Notes under the pieces: generated by a model
Seen by the model: only the letters and a program-made list of their open reading frames with translations
The model's database searches: none
Told to the model about the DNA's origin: nothing
IMG/VR virus record: IMGVR_UViG_3300032282_005553
Location: 72,890-136,889 of that record
Length of the DNA stretch: 64,000 nt
DNA from: a virus
Direction: 5' to 3' (one strand)
Position numbers and translations under genes: made by a program
Part shown: positions 60,001 to 64,000 of the stretch, in pieces
How the letters are laid out: the number at the start of each line of letters is the position of its first letter
Position numbering within the stretch: the first letter of the stretch is position 1

Positions 60001-60724
60001 TGCTATCATTTGATATATTTCCCAAACCCACAAATTTTACTCTCATTCCAGGAAATAAATAATGATTATTATTAGTAGTTATAGTATTATTTGTTACGCT
60101 GATAATTTTGGTGGTACTATCATTTATAAAAACTCTAATAAAATTAGTTCTAGGTGCTAACATTCCATAATCTCTATAGATTTTATATATGATATGTTCT
60201 GTTATTTTTGCCCCACTTTGTATCATATTATTGATAGTAAGATCAGTAGCAGTACCTAAGCCACCTATAGATGATGTTGATTTAACTCTTAGTGGCATTT
60301 TTCTATTATATGGTAAAAAACTGCCGTATCCTTTGACTCTTGCTTCTACGTTATGAGGACCATATTTTTGAACTTTATTATTTATCTTATATGAAATAGT
60401 AAGTTCAACAAAAGAATAGGTTTGTTTCCATCCCAGTGGATTTTGGCCACGAGCTATAATTTGAGCATCAGTTAGAATCGTAGGGGCTAAAAATTTTTCT
60501 GTATCATACAACATTCTTGATGGACTATACCTATCAGGAACCTCCATCAAATTTGCTTTAGCTGTGCTGTCTATCCTAAAATCAAAACTAATATCAGAGT
60601 TAATAGAATAAAATTCTTCTGGAAAATTAAAAATGATTCCATCATTATTGTAAACGTATATCTGATTGTTTCTAAAACTAACATAAAATTTATTATCTAG
60701 TTTTCTAACGCAAAAATTTGTCAT
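57071..60724 (-). CDS. CotH-kinase-like protein with FN3-like and lamin-tail domains
   Basis: 'RVKGYGS', 'LTINNMIQ', 'APRTNFIRVFIN', 'YINVE', 'GQMDGY..NNSYL', 'IPWGAD'; FN3-like 'PVTNLTG...MNWDPV'; LTD 'ITEVMSN...DWFEITN...ISGWKMDD'. Confidence 0.75.
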   Translation of the reverse strand: MTNFCVRKLDNKFYVSFRNNQIYVYNNDGIIFNFPEEFYSINSDISFDFRIDSTAKANLMEVPDRYSPSRMLYDTEKFLAPTILTDAQIIARGQNPLGWKQTYSFVELTISYKINNKVQKYGPHNVEARVKGYGSFLPYNRKMPLRVKSTSSIGGLGTATDLTINNMIQSGAKITEHIIYKIYRDYGMLAPRTNFIRVFINDSTTKIISVTNNTITTNNNHYLFPGMRVKFVGLGNISNDSIFYVISSDRTDTSFKISETLNGTEYTLSDLSSVNIEFYTDYGEYINVENLKNLYKINEFFGTNNTTGLYELGVTTTNQELNVPSSDLYYSREYGSSRSNINNFLTALASTSNWYTNFSNYANINQFIKFAVIELLLGQMDGYNTFLNNSYLAADNNNKFHVIPWGADSYCSEDALNALAWFAYGRFLQQCWANNTTLTQFATELVAFNNWLKNDSNIINYINTIFDQKIDTFNSDMKQPSSTTSSTITTGKNNLINFIQDSDDRVDYFLSRPRPVTNLTGQLVNGNFVMNWDPVTTNVSGQSIANITYEIIFLASIDHKYRYGGYSSSNTSHGMSTNNTTYTVSSGNMDSLYTILQSEMSDIPNLFGGLYFSVVPKGVNDLWGFAAQPILARSSAVTPPVDTPYVPTMKIGITEVMSNSTAKYGLSSAPDWFEITNFDTSGINISGWKMDDDSKSINYAVSIIPSGWTSLGSGESAVFIETNNPAVAIPAFRQFWSLPSTTKIGYYSGSAVSFSSNGDGTHLFVPSGSSQNSWIYFTGVSFGQAITNRSFYWEYNNNNIVNTGYSTPNYKGAYVGSGGSPIAYATGSPGIYSKGSIPPIDIDCSTGWNPSLNCIPLTGLDIPSAALTGCLINLSDMPSSPPSAGDNLSLYISKFINITISNHPYYPELNRSYSFSGTRIDPPVDGVSLFYTPIDDSPWGLTFGVSSTSNASSSVMYLSLSDTVQDGRVGPLPAELTSINIPIKTRYRRAYNDYTIADSYTVIMCAGDTETENGTCENQPNSSAFPPSCDSGSDLYSLAIKFLDTCRVVTPSLSNCTEYTNPCRNIIDVSTLNSYQLPRDSGRPIDIDVSVCPSYSIRPDSSAFAAFNPTGYVLYFQPKNLGAVPVINDVIYDTTTLNASTDIVRLYAGTGVDATREWACKYLKYATVKNLDTVINGATPEIKVTGLVYNWPYNDLYWNSRCSTTPVGEIPINLVPC

Positions 60725-61647
60725 AGATAATCAAAGCCATAATCCGGTAATTTCTGAAGTGGGAATCCATCAAAATTACTAAATGCATAACTACCATTAG
60801 CGGCTAGCATTCCAGCTGCAACTTCAGCTCTGATTAGAAAACTTCCATCTGGAATAGGACCCCAATCTGGATGTCCACCATCATTCCACTTACCCCAACT
60901 ATTTTGAACTAGAAATAGTGGTTCACTACCAGTATCATCACAGGCTATCCAAGCCATACAATGAGCCCAGTTACCACTAGTATTAGCAATACCTTTTTTA
61001 TCTCGCTTATTGCTAAATCCATAGTTAGAACACACAGCTAATCCATAACCATTAGCTAATGCATCTCTTGCTTCTTCAATAGTTTTTATAAGACTTGCTG
61101 TTTTAATTTGATGATCGTTAGCAAGATCAATCACTGGATCTGGCAATCCTCTACCTCCCCAGCCTGCCCCTAGATTACCATTGTATTTACTAAAATCAGC
61201 AATACCTTTATAGTTTTGACGTAGTACTATTCCGCCATTCTCACTAACAAACGTGGCTGCTCTTGCGCAACTCATTCCTTCTCCACCATGGCCTCTAGCT
61301 CCATAAATTGCCTCAGTTGCACCTCTAGCAATCCATGCTTCACGTTCACCATTAACATCAATTTCTACGGCTCTACTAACATCACATGCGTTTCTTGTTC
61401 CATGACTTACACAATCACCAGTAGTTTGTCTTTCTTCATATGCTTTTTTGTCAAATTTTAAAACACTTTTATAAGGAGTAGACAGTTTGCCTTTACCACT
61501 ACTTTTAAATTTCTTTCCAATAGCATCTCCAAACAATGGATATTTACTATTTTCCATTAATTGATCAAATACATGCTGTTCCCATAAACAGCCACTAAAA
61601 CCTTTTCTATAATTATTATAGAGTTCGTCTGGAGTATACCTTGGCAT
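60721..61647 (-). CDS. Papain-like (C1) cysteine peptidase
   Basis: 'QTTGDCVSH', 'WAHCM', 'QNSWG': complete Q/C/H/N catalytic set. Confidence 0.85.
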   Translation of the reverse strand: MPRYTPDELYNNYRKGFSGCLWEQHVFDQLMENSKYPLFGDAIGKKFKSSGKGKLSTPYKSVLKFDKKAYEERQTTGDCVSHGTRNACDVSRAVEIDVNGEREAWIARGATEAIYGARGHGGEGMSCARAATFVSENGGIVLRQNYKGIADFSKYNGNLGAGWGGRGLPDPVIDLANDHQIKTASLIKTIEEARDALANGYGLAVCSNYGFSNKRDKKGIANTSGNWAHCMAWIACDDTGSEPLFLVQNSWGKWNDGGHPDWGPIPDGSFLIRAEVAAGMLAANGSYAFSNFDGFPLQKLPDYGFDYL

Positions 61648-62141
61648 TATTTGCTTCCTTCATTACAGGCCCATGCTAGTACTTTAAATCCTTCTACAGC
61701 TTTAGCTCTGAGATCATTACTCAATAAAACTTGATCATCACCTATTGCTTGTATAACCAATGCTTGTGCTGCTGCTGATAGTTCCGGATATTTTCCTTTA
61801 ATATTCAGCTTAAGCATTGCACCAGCTAGTCTATTAGCTTGTCTAATTTCTTCTGTATTAGTAATTACCTGATCTTTTTCGTCTAATGATACTAAAGTAG
61901 CTATATCATTATATAGTTTAGCTAATTTTTTACCATCTATAGATCTATCATTATTAACAGACAATGCCTTTATAACATCATCACATTTTGCTTTTAACTC
62001 ATCTGATGTGGGGGCAACGAATTCTTTTTCATCGACTGATACAACTGATCTATTATTGAAAATATTGTTGATAAATACTGGTTTAAATAAACCGATTGTC
62101 AATAATAGTCCTGCTAAAATTAATAGTTTATTATTTATCAT
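61647..62141 (-). CDS. Exported/membrane-anchored helical protein
   Basis: N-terminal hydrophobic segment; coupled to the peptidase (TAATG). Confidence 0.6.
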   Translation of the reverse strand: MINNKLLILAGLLLTIGLFKPVFINNIFNNRSVVSVDEKEFVAPTSDELKAKCDDVIKALSVNNDRSIDGKKLAKLYNDIATLVSLDEKDQVITNTEEIRQANRLAGAMLKLNIKGKYPELSAAAQALVIQAIGDDQVLLSNDLRAKAVEGFKVLAWACNEGSK

Positions 62142-62542
62142 ATAACTTTATCCTTTACGTCTTCTTTTTGACAAGAATTTGGACTTAAAAATGGAAACAT
62201 ATCATCAGCTACTTTTACTGCTTTATCACATCCGCTCTTAACAGCAAGATCTCTTGTTTTTTTCCAAGATGATACTAGATCAAAGAAAGTGCTATCTGTG
62301 CTAACAACATTCTTAGTATCTGTTTTGATTACATTAACTATTGATGATCCTAGGGTTTGTGGAGCAGATCTATTTACGATTAATTTTTCATAGGCATTTT
62401 TAATAAATAATGCTACTGGACTTAATTTATCCTTAAATAAAATCCATAATATTAATCCTATTCCAGCATATAACGCCAAATCCGTTGGTGTTGTTTTTGT
62501 TGCGAACTGATCAAAACTCTGAGTCAAAATTTCAGTATTCAT
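62138..62542 (-). CDS. Membrane protein, one TM
   Basis: Likely start MNTEIL with a GAGG SD; 'LALYAGIGLILWILF'. Confidence 0.6.
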   Translation of the reverse strand: MNTEILTQSFDQFATKTTPTDLALYAGIGLILWILFKDKLSPVALFIKNAYEKLIVNRSAPQTLGSSIVNVIKTDTKNVVSTDSTFFDLVSSWKKTRDLAVKSGCDKAVKVADDMFPFLSPNSCQKEDVKDKVI

Positions 62543-62558
62543 ACTATTCCTCTGATTA

Positions 62559-62942
62559 TTAATTTTTAGAAAAAACACCGACCTGTTTGAATGTTGTAAC
62601 CATCGCATCTATTGATGATCCAACGAGAATCATCAAAAATGTTTTGACGTACTTATGTATTATAGGCTCAATAAATGGTGGAACAAAGGGAATATCTATA
62701 ACAACAAAAACGCTATTGTAGAATTTATCTAATAAATTCATTGCTATAATTTTTTTATCTGGCCCTGAGATATCTTTAGCATTAGCTTGTATGGTTTGAA
62801 TCACACTAGCAATAGTTAGTTGTAAAATTTTCCAAACTTGAGATATGGCAACTTTTTTAATCTCACCTAAAGCTTCTTTAGTTTTATTTATTAGATTTTC
62901 TAGTTCTGGTTTTAGAAGTTGTTCTAGTTCTTGGATTGTCAT
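62559..62942 (-). CDS. Hypothetical amphipathic helical protein
   Basis: Likely start MTIQE with a GAGG SD; 'GPDKK..A...DIPFVPPFIE...IDAMV'. Confidence 0.6.
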   Translation of the reverse strand: MTIQELEQLLKPELENLINKTKEALGEIKKVAISQVWKILQLTIASVIQTIQANAKDISGPDKKIIAMNLLDKFYNSVFVVIDIPFVPPFIEPIIHKYVKTFLMILVGSSIDAMVTTFKQVGVFSKN

Positions 62943-63231
62943 TTTCTGTGCCTCTTTTACGAACATTTCTTTTATTAGCTTCTTCTCTTTCAATTGGAGA
63001 TGCTGTGTTCCACCAAACTTTCTTTATTTCATTTCTACCTTTAATATATTTGAATAATACAGTTAGTTGTCCAATAATCAATACTACAGCCTCTAATCCT
63101 TTACTTGTTTCATTAATTAAATCTTCTTTTTGACTATTACTATCTAATAATCCAAGCAGATACAGTCCGCTAAAAAGAAAACTTACTAATGTAAACCAAA
63201 ATTCACTAGTTTTATAACCAGGTTTGACCAT
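62884..63231 (-). CDS. Holin-like membrane protein
   Basis: 'KPGYKTSEFW', two hydrophobic segments and a strongly basic C-tail; GGAG SD before MVKPG. Confidence 0.55.
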   Translation of the reverse strand: MVKPGYKTSEFWFTLVSFLFSGLYLLGLLDSNSQKEDLINETSKGLEAVVLIIGQLTVLFKYIKGRNEIKKVWWNTASPIEREEANKRNVRKRGTENDNPRTRTTSKTRTRKSNK

Positions 63232-63262
63232 TTTAAACTCCAATAAATGTAATAATAGTAAC

Positions 63263-63278
63263 TATTATTAGATACACC
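63263..63278 (-). promoter_or_regulatory. Candidate late promoter motif GGTGTATCTAATAATA
   Basis: Intergenic, 31 nt upstream of the holin-like ATG; identical to 855-870. Confidence 0.55.
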
Positions 63279-63287
63279 TAATCTAAA

Positions 63288-63929
63288 TTAAGTATTTTGA
63301 TCCACAAATCCAAAACAAACTGTGCAGTAATACTCTGGAACAGTATAGTTAAACGTTACACTACTCATTGTCCCGTCGATGCGAATGATGTTGAAACCTT
63401 CTGCGCCGGTAAATTGTGTGTACTGCGTGGGACTTACTTGATTTAGATACGTTGTTTGCGACCACGACTCACTGGTTAACGCCCAAATAGGAGTAAACGG
63501 TTTTGGAGCGCCGTTTTCATCAAACACAAGCACCGGCACAGTGGTACTGGGATTACCTACACTGGCAAACGCAACCAAGGCGTCTGTTATTGGAGAGCTA
63601 AACGTCGCAGTAAATACGCCAGCGTGAGTGTTGGCAATCTGCACTCCGTCAATTGGTACGCCGTATTCCATCGGAAAAGTTTGAGCTGCATACATACCAT
63701 TATGTTGAAACATACCTCCGCCATTTTGAGTAATCTCGACTGTGATATTATTTTGACCTATTCCAGATGCTGCGGATTCTGTGATAGAAGTCATTGTCAT
63801 CCATTGAAATCCTGAACTACCAAAAGATGAGGCTGGAAAAACTAAATTATTTCCTAAAAATATTTTAGAAACATCACTATTTCCTAATTTAATAGAAGAT
63901 ATATTAGAACTATTTAAAAATATAGACAT
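63288..63929 (-). CDS. Virion accessory-type protein with a variable C-terminal beta domain
   Basis: N-terminal 'ISSIKLGNSDVSKIFLGNNLVF' motif common in phage tail/decoration proteins. Confidence 0.55.
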   Translation of the reverse strand: MSIFLNSSNISSIKLGNSDVSKIFLGNNLVFPASSFGSSGFQWMTMTSITESAASGIGQNNITVEITQNGGGMFQHNGMYAAQTFPMEYGVPIDGVQIANTHAGVFTATFSSPITDALVAFASVGNPSTTVPVLVFDENGAPKPFTPIWALTSESWSQTTYLNQVSPTQYTQFTGAEGFNIIRIDGTMSSVTFNYTVPEYYCTVCFGFVDQNT

Positions 63930-64000
63930 TATGAGATAACATATAGGGTGCTAGAATTTTTAGTAACAAGAGCATCATAATTTGCTTGAGATATACTAAC
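63929..64000 (-). CDS. C-terminal end of a phage tail-type protein (partial)
   Basis: 'VSISQANYDALVTKNSSTLYVIS*' matches the common phage 'YDALxxKxxxTLYxI' motif; TAATG overlap. Confidence 0.6.
   Translation of the reverse strand, partial: VSISQANYDALVTKNSSTLYVIS

Noticed and set aside
1-64000. Stop-codon reassignment
   Set aside because: Standard-code ORFs tile the window; TAA, TAG and TGA all end genes at sensible points.

Overview
A 64 kb segment of a large, AT-rich tailed dsDNA phage genome, very densely coding in the standard code. No tRNA, rRNA, CRISPR array or integrase is visible. Bases 1-21605 (+ strand) are a tail module: the end of a tape-measure-like protein, a long fibre-like protein, three unassigned structural-type proteins, a 2710-aa Cys-rich giant and a small DUF6171-like Cys protein. 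The rest is on the - strand. In transcription order it holds: (i) a late membrane/lysis-like block with a holin-like gene, membrane proteins, an active papain-like peptidase, a CotH-kinase/lamin-tail-domain protein, a GlsB/YeaQ protein, a papain paralog lacking the catalytic Cys and a beta-solenoid; (ii) dCMP deaminase, a GT-A/2OG-Fe(II) oxygenase cassette, class II RNR, PhoH and HNH; (iii) RecA, DnaB, primase, dNMP kinase, a Cas4-like nuclease, a DnaE split into two intein-free genes with a DEDDh exonuclease between them, and SSB; (iv) a seven-gene sugar-modification cluster in which several members look catalytically degenerate, followed by an endonuclease, a strand-annealing-like protein and a host-like membrane protein. 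The best candidates for something new are the intein-free split DnaE, the papain/pseudo-papain/CotH module next to the holin-like gene, the degenerate glycosylation operon and a repeated GGTGTATCTAATAATA late-promoter-like motif. All calls come from motifs recognised by eye; no database searches were run.
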